Below, piece after piece: positions 18,401 to 27,976 of a DNA stretch of 38,845 nt; position 1 is the stretch's first letter; every line of letters starts with the position of its first letter. Source of the DNA: Anaerolineae bacterium (GTDB taxonomy: Bacteria > Chloroflexota > Anaerolineae > S140-20); assembly GCA_027021705.1 (NCBI GenBank), contig JALUTT010000083.1:1-38845 (forward strand), given 5' to 3'. The notes below the pieces were generated by a model. The model was not told the origin of the DNA. It did not search any database and worked only from the letters and a program-made list of their open reading frames with translations. The translations under genes and the position numbers were made by a program.

Positions 18401-20129
18401 TGACGAGATCAACTTCCAGAGCGAGGTGAACGCCGTGAGCCGCGTGCTCTCCGGCCCCATCGTCGTGATGAACATCCCGGCCGCGACCCAGTACGATGCC
18501 AAGAACAACGTGGACCCGGTGGCCACCAAGCACGCCATCACCACCACCTTCTTCTCCTTCTCCCCCAACCGGGACATCATCTTCCTGGCCGGACACGGGA
18601 ATGCGCGGGGGTGGGATGTCTTCAACACCGCCGATTTCACGCAGCAACCCAATCCTTTCGGGTCCACCAACCCCTTCGTCTTCGTCTCCTCGTGTCAGAC
18701 GGGGAGGTACGCGAACACCTTTAGCTTCGCCGAGGCCCTCCTGAGCAAAGGGGCGGCCGCCTACCTGGGGGCCATCGAGATCGGGGCTTGCAACGGCGAC
18801 GGGACGTGCCCTCACGCCGATCGCTTCTTCCAGAACTGGAGGACCAACACCTCCTTTGGGTTGGCCCTGAAGGAGACCAAGCGAAGCCTGGGCAACAGTT
18901 TCATTGACCGCTGGTGGGCGGCCATCTATCACCTCTTCGGCGATCCGAAGTTCGGGGCCATTGGCTCTTCGGGGACGACCGGCCACGTCGTGCGCCCCTT
19001 GGCCGCCTCGACGATAACGGTCCAGGTCCCCGACTACGAAGTGACCCGCGTGGGCGGCAACGATTACCCCATCATCCCGGGAGGCTCCCCGGCTCTTGTC
19101 CTGGACAAGCCCGTGGTTCCCGTCTACCGGGTGTTCTACGATTACCCCGCCGGCTACCGGATCCAGGACGTGCGGCTCACCGATCGGTCGTCTCCGGTGG
19201 TCACCACCGGGCTGAAGATCCCCAACTTCAGCATCGCCCTGCCCTCCACCCCCTCGGCGTCGCGGAATCGGCTCCGCCAGGCGGAGGGATCGGAGTGGTG
19301 GCCTGAGCAGACCTTTGAGTGGACGACCTTCGAGAGCCCGGACCGTACCACCCTGGCCCTGACGGTCTACCCCTTCGTCTACAATTCCCGCACCACCGAG
19401 GTGCGCTTCTACAAGAGCTACAGCTTCACCGTGGACTACGTCGTCTCCGACGTGGGGATCACCGGGCTGAGCCTGGAGGCGCCGGCCTACGAGCCGGGGG
19501 AGGTGGTGAGGGTTGACCTGGCGCTGGAGAGCACGAGCGGCGAGGGGAAGGATGTCGTCGTCAGTGCGGTGGTCAGGGATGAAAGCTCGGCCGAGGTGGT
19601 TGACGGGCTGCTCCTGCGCTCCCTCACGAACCTGCAGGGCGACGCTTCCTTCACCGCGCAATGGGACAGCAGCGGCTTCGAGCCGGGTTTCTACAGCATC
19701 GTCGTGGAGGTCCAGGACCCCCAGGGAACCCTGCTGGACAGGAGGGTGGAGACCTTCCGCTTGGGGACGGTGGCCGGCGAGGTCGCGCCCCTCACCGTCA
19801 CCCCCAACCCCTTCACCGTCGGCGACCGGGTCAGCATCACCCTGGTCTTCAGCAACACCGGCACCGTGCCCATCACCGGCACGGCGGTGATCCAGGTCCG
19901 GGATGCGGCGGGCGAGGCGGTCCAGGAGTTCTCGCGCGACCTCACCACGCTGGGACCGGGCAGCGATGTCGGGTTCACCGAGGTCTGGGACACGACGGGG
20001 GTGGCGGAGGGGACCTACGGCGTGATCGGCTACGTTCTGTATGACGGCGGGGCCACCGATCCGGCGACCGCTTCGGTGGGCACGCGGACCTACGTCTACC
20101 TCCCGCTGGTCCTGAAGGAGGGGCCGTGA
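15405..20129 (+). CDS. Large secreted multidomain C25 (gingipain-like) cysteine peptidase
   Basis: Signal peptide; duplicated domain ending GNKFWDR; CARDB-like VDESDETNN; FN3-like; two Ig-like; YLLLVG, PELSIGRI, catalytic-type GHG and SSC; C-terminal VYLPLVLK. Confidence 0.82.
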   Translation: MARSFVRRAVLVVLAVGAAALALGVVVRFARAGAASAPTGSTVTYTLQGRVYRGEVGTEPPTSQPIEGVVVSLYCSNNPGQQGVFLRSTTTDGTGWYGLDVYDSDVCEFFNIIETDPDGYVSAGVTTVGGNAVDYNWIEYTAPLEGQTLTGNKFWDRLPVLSGYVYEGEMDDESSPLAGVVVSLYGANNPYPDLGTFLISTTTNISGRYALQVSPGYSYYHILETDPDGYTSVGASTVGGSAQTLNWIEYVVPLGNRVLDGNKFWDRGGVVTPDLEITDIWSEGNAICYQVANVGHATAQRGHATALFVDGGYRVTQTVDVDLEPEGRWEGCFGYDWTCTPITDTVTVQADYGDRVDESDETNNSRQEQWTCDVTPPEIISGPTVLEVTSGTALIAWVTDEPSDSLVLYGKLAGRYASEAIRTDPVTTHTVTLENLEPATTYHFVVRSSDASGNAGTSRDQTFRTAAPPDSADPALSLDDPGPCRGVVTVTVSATDDTGVERVEFYLDGERIFTDYSSPFELPLDTTVYANGEHTLTAIAFDLAGRQATDTLLVDVNNLKDASYPSISITSPSQGATVSGVTSLIASLSDDTGLISARFYVDGSYTAFTGWDVNQPPTTAVVTFTWDTRAQSNGSQHRLGLEVYDIDGKVSVAYVDVVVNNVAPPPPPSPPSLVLVGHRVIRHQNVFTIAVTVRNVGDVEARNVRILDGLRGFQPIHRSDGLADYRSDRNPAGAFGYSDIRSKVTIPAGASQTYTYTAVPVLVYPNPPTPQVGYFVDMYWDSPSAGGYHSYVQPPAVKTTGGETIPQAHANALRVADYLIVTNPSRLFQLYSPTQPPGSGASRDKVNALLSAMARLAFHEQGVLGYINAYNAQTLRNLLKQGGAWSSKLRSDWVSNGYLLLVGENNVVPAWRRYLGRMYTTHGYRDFIATITDYPYASTYGDELKPELSIGRIIGNDPDALRKPIETSLNVLLGVSGYGFNGLMKFMAFGYPRCLSGGCDEINFQSEVNAVSRVLSGPIVVMNIPAATQYDAKNNVDPVATKHAITTTFFSFSPNRDIIFLAGHGNARGWDVFNTADFTQQPNPFGSTNPFVFVSSCQTGRYANTFSFAEALLSKGAAAYLGAIEIGACNGDGTCPHADRFFQNWRTNTSFGLALKETKRSLGNSFIDRWWAAIYHLFGDPKFGAIGSSGTTGHVVRPLAASTITVQVPDYEVTRVGGNDYPIIPGGSPALVLDKPVVPVYRVFYDYPAGYRIQDVRLTDRSSPVVTTGLKIPNFSIALPSTPSASRNRLRQAEGSEWWPEQTFEWTTFESPDRTTLALTVYPFVYNSRTTEVRFYKSYSFTVDYVVSDVGITGLSLEAPAYEPGEVVRVDLALESTSGEGKDVVVSAVVRDESSAEVVDGLLLRSLTNLQGDASFTAQWDSSGFEPGFYSIVVEVQDPQGTLLDRRVETFRLGTVAGEVAPLTVTPNPFTVGDRVSITLVFSNTGTVPITGTAVIQVRDAAGEAVQEFSRDLTTLGPGSDVGFTEVWDTTGVAEGTYGVIGYVLYDGGATDPATASVGTRTYVYLPLVLKEGP

Positions 20130-22876
20130 TGAAAGGCCAGAAGCTGCTCGTTCCCATCCTCGTCCTCTTCGTTGCCGTGTCGGCTCTGGCCGCCCTGAGC
20201 GGCTGCAAGCCCCGCTCCGGCGGGAGGACGCCGGTGCTCCCCTCGGTCGGCTCCCCCGCACCCGAGGAGACGGCGGTGCCCCCCACGACCGGGCCCGGTG
20301 CCGTCGAGGGGACGCCGTCGCCTCCCCCTGGGGCGCCGCCCCCGGTCGCCCCGGCCCCGCCGGAGGAGGTCCAGGTGCAGGAGGTGCGCGACCTGGAGTA
20401 CGCCCGCTACACCCTCGACGGCGAAGCGCACCCGCTCCTCCTCGACCTCTACCTGCCGGAGCCGGCCCCCCGCCCCCTCCCCCTCCTGCTCTACATCCAC
20501 GGCGGCGGCTGGATCGAGGGCAGCAAGGCAGGCTGTCCGGGGGAACCCCTCGCCCGGCACGGCTACGCCGTGGCCTGTGTGGACTACCGCCTGGCTCGGG
20601 CGACCCCCGAAGGCTGCGCCCTCACCTTCCCCGCCCAGATTCAGGACGTGAAGGCCGCCGTGCGCTGGTTGCGCCGGCACGCCGACCGGTACGGCCTCGA
20701 CCCCAACCGCTTCGCCGCCATCGGCGACTCCTCCGGCGGCCACCTGGCGGCCCTGCTGGGCACCTCCGCCGGCGTGCCGGAGCTGGCCGGGCCGGAGGGC
20801 ACCGACGGCTCCGAGGCCGTCCAGGCCGTCGTGGATTGGTACGGCCCGGTGGACGTCACCCAGGGGCCGGTCGTCTTCGAGGACGACGCTTGCACTACCC
20901 CCTGGGACACCCTCGTCGGAACCTACGGCGGCGAGGAGACCCCCTACTTCTACTGGACGCTGGCCTGGAGCACCTTCCTGGGGGGCTCCCTGGCCGACCC
21001 GGAGGTGCTCGAACGGGCGAGGATGGCCTCGCCGCTCACCTACGTGGACGCCGGCGATCCCCCCTTCCTCATCCTCCACGGCGAGGCCGACGATATGGTT
21101 CCCATCGAGCAGAGCGAGCGGCTGGCCGAGGCCCTGCGGCGGGCCGGCGTGGAGGTCACCTTCATCCGCCTGCCCAACGCCGGGCACCATTTCGGCTCCC
21201 CTGAGGAGGTCCTGCCCGAGTTCCTGGAGCCGACCCTGGCCTTCCTGGACCGTCACCTCCGAGGGGCGGGCGGGGAAGCGCCCGGGGGGCCGGAGGAGCC
21301 GCCGTCGTCGGGCGTAGGGGGATTGCTCACCCACGACACGACCTGGAGCGGTGAGGTCCTCGTCACGGAGACCGTCGTCGTGCCGGAGGGGGTGACGCTG
21401 ACCATCGAGCCGGGCACCGTCGTCAAGTTCCGGCACTACCGGGGTTACAAGGAGGGCAAGGTCGGTTTGATCGTCCAGGGGGGCACCCTCAAGGCCGTCG
21501 GCACCCCGACGCAGCAGATCTGGTTCACCTCCGACGCGGAGGACCCCATCAACGGCGACTGGGCCGGCATCACCCTGGTCGAGACGGACGGCAGCCGCTT
21601 CGACTACGCCATCGTCGAGTACGCCGAGATCGGCATCGAGCAGTTCGCCTCCCAGACCGAGGTCTCCCACTCCATCATCCGCTGGAACAACTCCGAGGGG
21701 CTGTACGCCGAGCTCTCCAGCGCCCGCTTCGAGGGCAACACCATCTACGGCAACGCCTACCACGCCATCGCCCTGGAGAACTACAACCCGGAGGTCCGCA
21801 TCCTCGGCAACCTCATCATCGGCGCCGGCCACCAGAGCGTCCACGTGGAGGCCTCCCAGGCCCTCATCGAGGGGAACGAGTTCCGGGACTTCGACGTGTC
21901 CGAAGCCGCCCCGGAGAAGGTGATCAGCCTGATGGCCGGCGCTCGGGCCACCGTCCGGGGAAACCGGTTCGAGATGCACGGCGGGGATGACCCCTTCGCC
22001 GTCGAACCCGACAGCACGTTGGTGGCCGAGGACAACGACTTCGGCGACGGCCACGTCGCCCCGCTCCGGTTCGATTACCGGGACGTGAAGCGGACCGAGC
22101 TGGGCTACCTGCCCGGCTCCCCGGAGGACCGCTACCTCTACGTCTTCGACGCGGAGGATGAGACGCGGCGGGTCGTCGCCCGGTATGGGGAGGGGCTGGG
22201 GCTCGCCTGGAGCCTCGCCTACGCCGACGGGGCGCTCTGGCGCTTCACGGCCGGCGACACCTTCGTCCGCATAGACCCGGAGAGGGGCGTGGACTACAGC
22301 CACGAGTACGCCAACCCCGACCGGATCGCCGCCCGGGGGCTGGCCTACGACGGCGAGACCTTCTGGGCCAACGACCACATACGCCGCCAGATCATCCGGT
22401 TCCGGCTGGGCACCGGGGGCGGCTATCCCGATGTCGGCTCCGGGAACGCCATCGAGATCGTCGCCGCCTTCGACTACCCCGAAGCGGTGGAGGGGGGCGG
22501 CGCCGGCATCGCCACCGACGGCGAGTACCTCTACGTGCCGTCGGCGCTCAAGCCCAACACACTCCTCAAGCTGAACAAGCAGGGAGAGCTCGTGGGCGAG
22601 ATCCTCTTTGAAGGCCCCTTCGGCCCGGCCATCACCTGGGACGGCACCCACTTCTGGACGGCGGGGGGGAACGTGATCCAGGAGTGGACGGCCGAGGGCC
22701 GACGGGTGGGGGCGATCTACGCGCCGGCCGTGGAGACCTGGGACCTGGCCTGGGGCGACGGCTACCTCTGGACCATCAACCGAACCTGCGAGGAATGGGA
22801 CGATGCCAAGGTTTTCCAGATCGAGGTCTTGAACCCAAGGGCCAGCTTGGGGCCTTTCACGCCTTTCACACAATAA
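20129..22876 (+). CDS. Lipoprotein: alpha/beta-hydrolase esterase + beta-helix + beta-propeller
   Basis: Lipobox LSGC; Pro-rich linker; HGGGW, GDSSG, HGEADDMVP, GH; parallel beta-helix repeats; LAYDG/ITWDG repeats. Confidence 0.85.
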   Translation: MKGQKLLVPILVLFVAVSALAALSGCKPRSGGRTPVLPSVGSPAPEETAVPPTTGPGAVEGTPSPPPGAPPPVAPAPPEEVQVQEVRDLEYARYTLDGEAHPLLLDLYLPEPAPRPLPLLLYIHGGGWIEGSKAGCPGEPLARHGYAVACVDYRLARATPEGCALTFPAQIQDVKAAVRWLRRHADRYGLDPNRFAAIGDSSGGHLAALLGTSAGVPELAGPEGTDGSEAVQAVVDWYGPVDVTQGPVVFEDDACTTPWDTLVGTYGGEETPYFYWTLAWSTFLGGSLADPEVLERARMASPLTYVDAGDPPFLILHGEADDMVPIEQSERLAEALRRAGVEVTFIRLPNAGHHFGSPEEVLPEFLEPTLAFLDRHLRGAGGEAPGGPEEPPSSGVGGLLTHDTTWSGEVLVTETVVVPEGVTLTIEPGTVVKFRHYRGYKEGKVGLIVQGGTLKAVGTPTQQIWFTSDAEDPINGDWAGITLVETDGSRFDYAIVEYAEIGIEQFASQTEVSHSIIRWNNSEGLYAELSSARFEGNTIYGNAYHAIALENYNPEVRILGNLIIGAGHQSVHVEASQALIEGNEFRDFDVSEAAPEKVISLMAGARATVRGNRFEMHGGDDPFAVEPDSTLVAEDNDFGDGHVAPLRFDYRDVKRTELGYLPGSPEDRYLYVFDAEDETRRVVARYGEGLGLAWSLAYADGALWRFTAGDTFVRIDPERGVDYSHEYANPDRIAARGLAYDGETFWANDHIRRQIIRFRLGTGGGYPDVGSGNAIEIVAAFDYPEAVEGGGAGIATDGEYLYVPSALKPNTLLKLNKQGELVGEILFEGPFGPAITWDGTHFWTAGGNVIQEWTAEGRRVGAIYAPAVETWDLAWGDGYLWTINRTCEEWDDAKVFQIEVLNPRASLGPFTPFTQ

Positions 22877-22898
22877 ACATAGCAATAAGGAGGACAAG

Positions 22899-24983
22899 AT
22901 GAAGAGAGGGTATTTGCTTGTTGTAACCGGTATCGCCGGTGGGCTGGCGATGGTGGTCTTGCTGCTGGCCGCCACCGGTGCGTGGGCGCAGCCGGGGGCG
23001 ATCCACCAAAGCACCACGCTGATGGCCGGCACGACCGTTCTCTCCAACACCATCGCCTATCAGGGGCGGCTGCTGGATAGCGGCGGCAACCCGGTGAACG
23101 GCACGCGGACGATCACCTTCAGCCTGTACGCTCAGGCCGGCGGAGGGCCGGCGCTGTGGTCTCAATCCAAAGAGGTCTCGGTGGACGATGGTCTGTTCAC
23201 CGCCTACCTGGAGGTGGACCCGAGCCTCTTTGACGGGCGAGCGCTATGGCTGGGGGTGCAGGTGCAGGGGGAGGCGGAGATGACGCCTCGCCAGCCGATC
23301 TTGCCTGCGCCCTACGCGCTCTCGCTGAGGCCGGGGGCGGTCATCAGCGGCAGCCTGGACAAGGACACCGGCGGGGTGCTGCGCGTGGTCAACGCGGACG
23401 CCTCGACGATGGGTGGCTACGCCATCTCGGCCATCAACTACAGCCATCACACCTGGCGGCCCGCCATCTACGGCGAGAATAACGGGGCCAGCGCCGGCGT
23501 CTACGGTCGCAGCGACGGCTGGCACGGCGTGGTGGGGTGGAACGAGAGCGACGACTGGGCCGGCGTCTACGGGCGCAACACTGGGAGCGGAAGCGGCGTC
23601 TACGGAAGCAACGTGGGGGTTGGGTCCGGCGGCTACTTCACCAGCACCCAGGGCGTGGGCGTCGTCGGCACCAGCGGCGGTGGAGTGGGCTACGGTGTGC
23701 GGGGCACGGGGCCGGTTGTGGGCGTGCGCGGTGAGACCGAGGACGGCTTCGGCGTGGCCGGATACAGCACCAACGACGTGGGCGTGTACGGGGAGAGCGT
23801 CAACGGCATCGCCGGCTTCTTCACCAGCACCTACGGCTTCGGCGTAAGCGGACATAGCGTCAACGACGTGGGTGTGTACGGGGAGAGCATCACCGGCACC
23901 GCCGGCTTCTTCACCAGCACCTACGGCGTGGGCGTGCACGGGAACGCTCAGGGGCACAACGTCGGCGTTTCGGGCACGAACTGGGGGGACGGCGCCGGCG
24001 GCTTCTTCACCAGCACCCACGGCATCGGCCTGGTGGCCGACACCGGTGACGGGTACGCCCTGGCGACCTTCGGCCCCTCCCTGATCCAGGGGCCAAACCC
24101 GAAGCAGATCGCGCTGCTCAAGTGGTATCCCGCCGTCAGGACACCGGTCAGTTTCACCGTCGGCACGCAGCCCCACGGTGCCGCCTTCGACGGAGCCAAC
24201 ATCTGGGTAGCCAACTTCATAAGCCAGACCGTCAGCGTCCTGCGGGCCAACAACGGCGAGCACGTGATGACCTGCACTGCGGGGTCATATCCGGATGCTT
24301 TGGCCTTCGACGGAGTCAATATGTGGGTAGTCAACAGAATCAGCAACAATGTCAGCGTGTTGCGGGCCAGCGACTGCACCCACGTGATGACCCCTACCGT
24401 CGGGAACGCACCCGTCCGCATCGCTTTCGACGGCGCCAATATGTGGGTGGTGAACAACGGGGATGCCAGCGTCAGCGTGTTGCGGGCCGGCGACGGCACC
24501 CACGTGATGACCCCTACCGTCGGGAGCAGTCCGGTGGGCATCGCCTTTGACGGCGTAAATATGTGGGTAGCGAACTCCGTTTCAGACGATGTCAGTGTGC
24601 TGCGGGCCAGTGACGGTACGCTGGTGACGACCATCGTATCCCCCACCGTCGGCGATAAGCCCATCGCCATCGCCTTCGACGGGGCCAATATGTGGGTGAC
24701 CAATATGGACAGCGACTCCGTGAGCGTGCTGCGGGCCAGCGACGGTGCGCTGGTGACGACCATCGTATCTCCCACCGTCGGTGATGGGCCTTCGTCCATC
24801 GCCTTCGACGGGGCCAATATGTGGGTGGTAAACGAACTGGCCGGCACGGTGAGCATCATCCGGGCTGCCGACTTCACCCTCGTGGACACCATCCCCGTCG
24901 GCTCTACCCCTCGGGGCATCGCCTTCGATGGGGCCAATATGTGGATTACGAACAGCGGTAGCAACACCGTCAGCAAGCGATAG
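22899..24983 (+). CDS. Secreted protein: YQGRL-type N-domain, GVxG repeats, YncE-like beta-propeller
   Basis: Signal peptide; IAYQGRLLD...PYAL; GVYGES repeats; seven AFDGxNxWV-type repeats. Confidence 0.85.
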   Translation: MKRGYLLVVTGIAGGLAMVVLLLAATGAWAQPGAIHQSTTLMAGTTVLSNTIAYQGRLLDSGGNPVNGTRTITFSLYAQAGGGPALWSQSKEVSVDDGLFTAYLEVDPSLFDGRALWLGVQVQGEAEMTPRQPILPAPYALSLRPGAVISGSLDKDTGGVLRVVNADASTMGGYAISAINYSHHTWRPAIYGENNGASAGVYGRSDGWHGVVGWNESDDWAGVYGRNTGSGSGVYGSNVGVGSGGYFTSTQGVGVVGTSGGGVGYGVRGTGPVVGVRGETEDGFGVAGYSTNDVGVYGESVNGIAGFFTSTYGFGVSGHSVNDVGVYGESITGTAGFFTSTYGVGVHGNAQGHNVGVSGTNWGDGAGGFFTSTHGIGLVADTGDGYALATFGPSLIQGPNPKQIALLKWYPAVRTPVSFTVGTQPHGAAFDGANIWVANFISQTVSVLRANNGEHVMTCTAGSYPDALAFDGVNMWVVNRISNNVSVLRASDCTHVMTPTVGNAPVRIAFDGANMWVVNNGDASVSVLRAGDGTHVMTPTVGSSPVGIAFDGVNMWVANSVSDDVSVLRASDGTLVTTIVSPTVGDKPIAIAFDGANMWVTNMDSDSVSVLRASDGALVTTIVSPTVGDGPSSIAFDGANMWVVNELAGTVSIIRAADFTLVDTIPVGSTPRGIAFDGANMWITNSGSNTVSKR

Positions 24984-24995
24984 GGGAGGTGGGAG

Positions 24996-25304
24996 ATGCG
25001 AGGGGAAAGTAGGAAGTGGCAGGTGGCGAGGGGCAAGGCCCTGTTCATCCTGGCTGCCTGTCTGCTCCTGGTGGCCGTTCCCGCCCTGGCCCAGGTGTCG
25101 GCCAGCTACGACCTCTCCTGGCACGTGGTGGCCGGGGGCGGCGGGCGGATGGCGAGCGCAGGCCACACTTTGCAGGGCACCGTCGGCCAGCCGGTGACCG
25201 GGGTGATGCTCGGCAGCGGCTACACCCTGTGCAGCGGCTTCGAGTGCGGCGGCGCGGCGGTGCAATACCGCATCTACCTGCCGGTGGTGCTGCGCAACCG
25301 TTGA
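24996..25304 (+). CDS. Small secreted protein with C-terminal YLPVVLR motif
   Basis: Signal peptide ending ALA; YDLSWHVVAGGGG, GTVGQP, LCSGF. Confidence 0.8.
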   Translation: MRGESRKWQVARGKALFILAACLLLVAVPALAQVSASYDLSWHVVAGGGGRMASAGHTLQGTVGQPVTGVMLGSGYTLCSGFECGGAAVQYRIYLPVVLRNR

Positions 25305-25310
25305 GGATCG

Positions 25311-25341
25311 GGGGCGGCGCCCTCCCGGAGGGCGTCGCCCC
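25311..25341. other. GC-rich hairpin after CDS (no U-tract)
   Basis: GGGGCGGCGCCCTC-ccg-GAGGGCGTCGCCCC. Confidence 0.5.
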
Positions 25342-25460
25342 GTCGGCCGGGCGAGATCGGCGGGGATGTGGGCTTGCTCGTCGGTCGGCATCAATCGGCG
25401 CGGCTGCATCGGTGCAAATTCGCGTGGATTCGCGGACGATGAGATGAGAAAGGGAGAGAG

Positions 25461-27878
25461 ATGTCTGTCCAGCTTGTTTTCCGCCGGATGGCGGCGGTCT
25501 TGGCCCTGGTTCTGCTCCTGACGGCTTGCGGCCCGTCGGCCTCGCCGACCACCTCGCCTTCTCCCACTGCGCCCTCCCTCGCCGGCTCGGAGCCGTCGCA
25601 GCCATCCCCCGCTGCGTCACCCGCCGGCGAAGCGCCACCTCCTACCGGCGCTGAGCAGGGCCCACTTCCGATCACCTTCACCGCCGACCGCGCCCGGATC
25701 GCCCCCGGCGAGTGCGCCACCTTGCAGTGGCAGGTCGGTGGCGACCACTTCGCCGTCTTCCTGGAGGACGAACAGGTTCCCGACGAGGGCAGCAAGCAGG
25801 TCTGCCCCGAGGAAAGCCGCCCCTACTCCCTGCGGGTGGACGTGGGCGACCGGATGGAGGAACGGGTCGTGACCATCGAGGTGAAGGAGCCCCCTCCCGA
25901 AGGGGAACCGCCCGAGGAGCCGCCCCCGGACGAGGACTTTCAACCCGAACCGGTGGACCCGGAACAGCTTCCCCCGGCCTCCGCCCTCAACGCCACCGTG
26001 CCGGCGTGGGACGCCGCCGAGGCCCGGTCCGTCACCGTGACCGTGGACGCCGCCCGGACGGGTGCGCCCATCTCCCCCTACGTCTACGGGGCCTTCATCG
26101 AGCACCAGGGCCGCTGCATCTACGGGGGCATCTGGGCCGAGATGCTCCAGGACCGCAAGTTCTACCACCCGGTGAACTACTACTTCCCCTGGGGCTACGA
26201 TCGCCGCAAGTCGCCTTGGTACGCCAACGCACCGGACACCATCGTGGTGATGGATGAAAGCCGGGCCTACGTGGGCCGCCACAGCCCCCGCGTCTTTGTG
26301 GATGGGGTGCGACCACGCGGCATCGTACAGGGAGGGTTGGGGCTGCGGGCCGGCAAAGAGTACACCGGCTACGTCATCTTGGCCGCCACGGGCAACGTCC
26401 GGGCCGAGGTCGCCTTGGTCTGGGGGCCGGAGGAGGGCGATCGGCAGACCCTCTCCCTGGGCTCGATAGGGGAGGAGTACGCCAAATTCCCCATCGAGTT
26501 CACCGCCGGTGGCGACACCGACGAGGGGCGGCTGGAGATCCTGGGGCGTGGTCAGGGCCAGCTCTTCATCGGCCCGCCCTCCCTGATGCCGGCCGACAAC
26601 GTCCGGGGACTGCGTGCCGATACCCTCTCGCGGCTCAAAGAGTTGGGCTTCACCGTCTATCGCTGGCCGGGCGGCACCTTCGCCAACGGCTATGACTGGC
26701 GCAAGGCCGTCGGCGACCGGGACAAGCGCCCTCCGATACTGAACCGGGCCTACTGGTCGGAGGAGGTGGAGTCCAACGACTTCGGCCTGGACGAGTTCCT
26801 GACCTTGTGCGAGCTGGTGGGCGCGGAGCCGTACATCGCCGTCAGCGCAGAGGGCGAGGCCGATGTTCAGCGGGCCGCCGATGAGGTGGAGTACCTCAAC
26901 GGCGCTCCCGACACGCCGATGGGCCGGCTGCGGGCCGCCAACGGCCATTCCCAGCCCTACCACGTGCGCTTCTTCGGCGTGGGCAACGAGATGTGGTATC
27001 TCCCGCTGGAGGTGTATTACCCTCTCCAGAACAAGGTCGCTCAGGCGATGTGGGCGGTGGACCCCGACATCCAGTTGATCGCCGTGGGGGGGCTCGGCTT
27101 TGAGGGCCTGCGGGAGGGGCAGGACTGGTCCTACGGGATGTTGGAGCACGCCGCCGACGCGATGACCTTTCTGAGCGAGCACCTGTACGCCGGCTTCAGC
27201 CGGAACCTGGAGCAGCACACCGCTGCCTTGGCGAGGGATACGGCCGGCGTGGTGGAAGCGCATCGGAGGTACCGAGCCCAAATCCCTCGGCTTCAGGGCA
27301 AGGACATCCGTTTGGCTCTGGATGAGTGGAACTACGGCTGGTTTGGCCGGCCGGAGATCTACGGCGAGGCGGCCCCGCGTTACTACTTCCGCGATGCGCT
27401 GGGCATCGCCCGGGGCCTGCACGCGGTCTTCGCCAACAGCGACCTGATCGCGATGGTCAACTTCCACGCCGTCAACGTCCACGGCCAGATCAAGACCACC
27501 AAGACCGACGCGGCGGTGGAGGCCACCGGCCTGGCCTGGTCGCTTTACCGCCACCACTTCGGCACCCTGCCGCTCCCCGTAGAGGGCACGACCGATCCGT
27601 TGGACGTGGCGGCAGCGTGGACGGCGGAGAAGGATGCCCTGACCGTCGCCGTGGTCAATCCCACCGAGGCCTCCTACACGTTGCAGGTCGCGTTGCGGAA
27701 TGCCCGCTGGAGCGGCACCGGCCGGGGATGGTATCTATCCGCGCCCCCCTGGGCCTACAACGAGCCCGGCCGGCCCCCCCAGGTGACCATCCAGACCCTG
27801 GACGCGGTGGATGGTGCTGCCGGGTTGCCGGTGCCGCCGTTGAGCGTGGTGGTCTACGCCTTGCCCGCCTCGCCTTGA
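25461..27878 (+). CDS. GH51 alpha-L-arabinofuranosidase-like lipoprotein
   Basis: Lipobox LTAC; FIEH.GRCIYGGIWAEML.DRKF, RWPGG, FGLDEF, GNEM, LDEWN. Confidence 0.9.
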   Translation: MSVQLVFRRMAAVLALVLLLTACGPSASPTTSPSPTAPSLAGSEPSQPSPAASPAGEAPPPTGAEQGPLPITFTADRARIAPGECATLQWQVGGDHFAVFLEDEQVPDEGSKQVCPEESRPYSLRVDVGDRMEERVVTIEVKEPPPEGEPPEEPPPDEDFQPEPVDPEQLPPASALNATVPAWDAAEARSVTVTVDAARTGAPISPYVYGAFIEHQGRCIYGGIWAEMLQDRKFYHPVNYYFPWGYDRRKSPWYANAPDTIVVMDESRAYVGRHSPRVFVDGVRPRGIVQGGLGLRAGKEYTGYVILAATGNVRAEVALVWGPEEGDRQTLSLGSIGEEYAKFPIEFTAGGDTDEGRLEILGRGQGQLFIGPPSLMPADNVRGLRADTLSRLKELGFTVYRWPGGTFANGYDWRKAVGDRDKRPPILNRAYWSEEVESNDFGLDEFLTLCELVGAEPYIAVSAEGEADVQRAADEVEYLNGAPDTPMGRLRAANGHSQPYHVRFFGVGNEMWYLPLEVYYPLQNKVAQAMWAVDPDIQLIAVGGLGFEGLREGQDWSYGMLEHAADAMTFLSEHLYAGFSRNLEQHTAALARDTAGVVEAHRRYRAQIPRLQGKDIRLALDEWNYGWFGRPEIYGEAAPRYYFRDALGIARGLHAVFANSDLIAMVNFHAVNVHGQIKTTKTDAAVEATGLAWSLYRHHFGTLPLPVEGTTDPLDVAAAWTAEKDALTVAVVNPTEASYTLQVALRNARWSGTGRGWYLSAPPWAYNEPGRPPQVTIQTLDAVDGAAGLPVPPLSVVVYALPASP

Positions 27879-27881
27879 TGA

Positions 27882-27943
27882 TCCGCGAATGAACGCGAAT
27901 GAACGCGAATGTTTGTGAACACGAATCCGCGTAGATTCGCGGA
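27882..27943. repeat. CGCGAAT-based palindromic repeat
   Basis: TCCGCGAATGAACGCGAATGAACGCGAAT...ATCCGCGTAGATTCGCGGA, 10-nt period. Confidence 0.75.
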
Positions 27944-27976
27944 TGAAGCGTGAGAGGGTTGAGGATGGTCTGACCT

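Noticed and set aside
23740..24950. Diversity-generating retroelement template/variable repeats
   Set aside because: The repeats are in-frame coding modules, differences are not visibly restricted to adenines, and there is no reverse transcriptase in the window.
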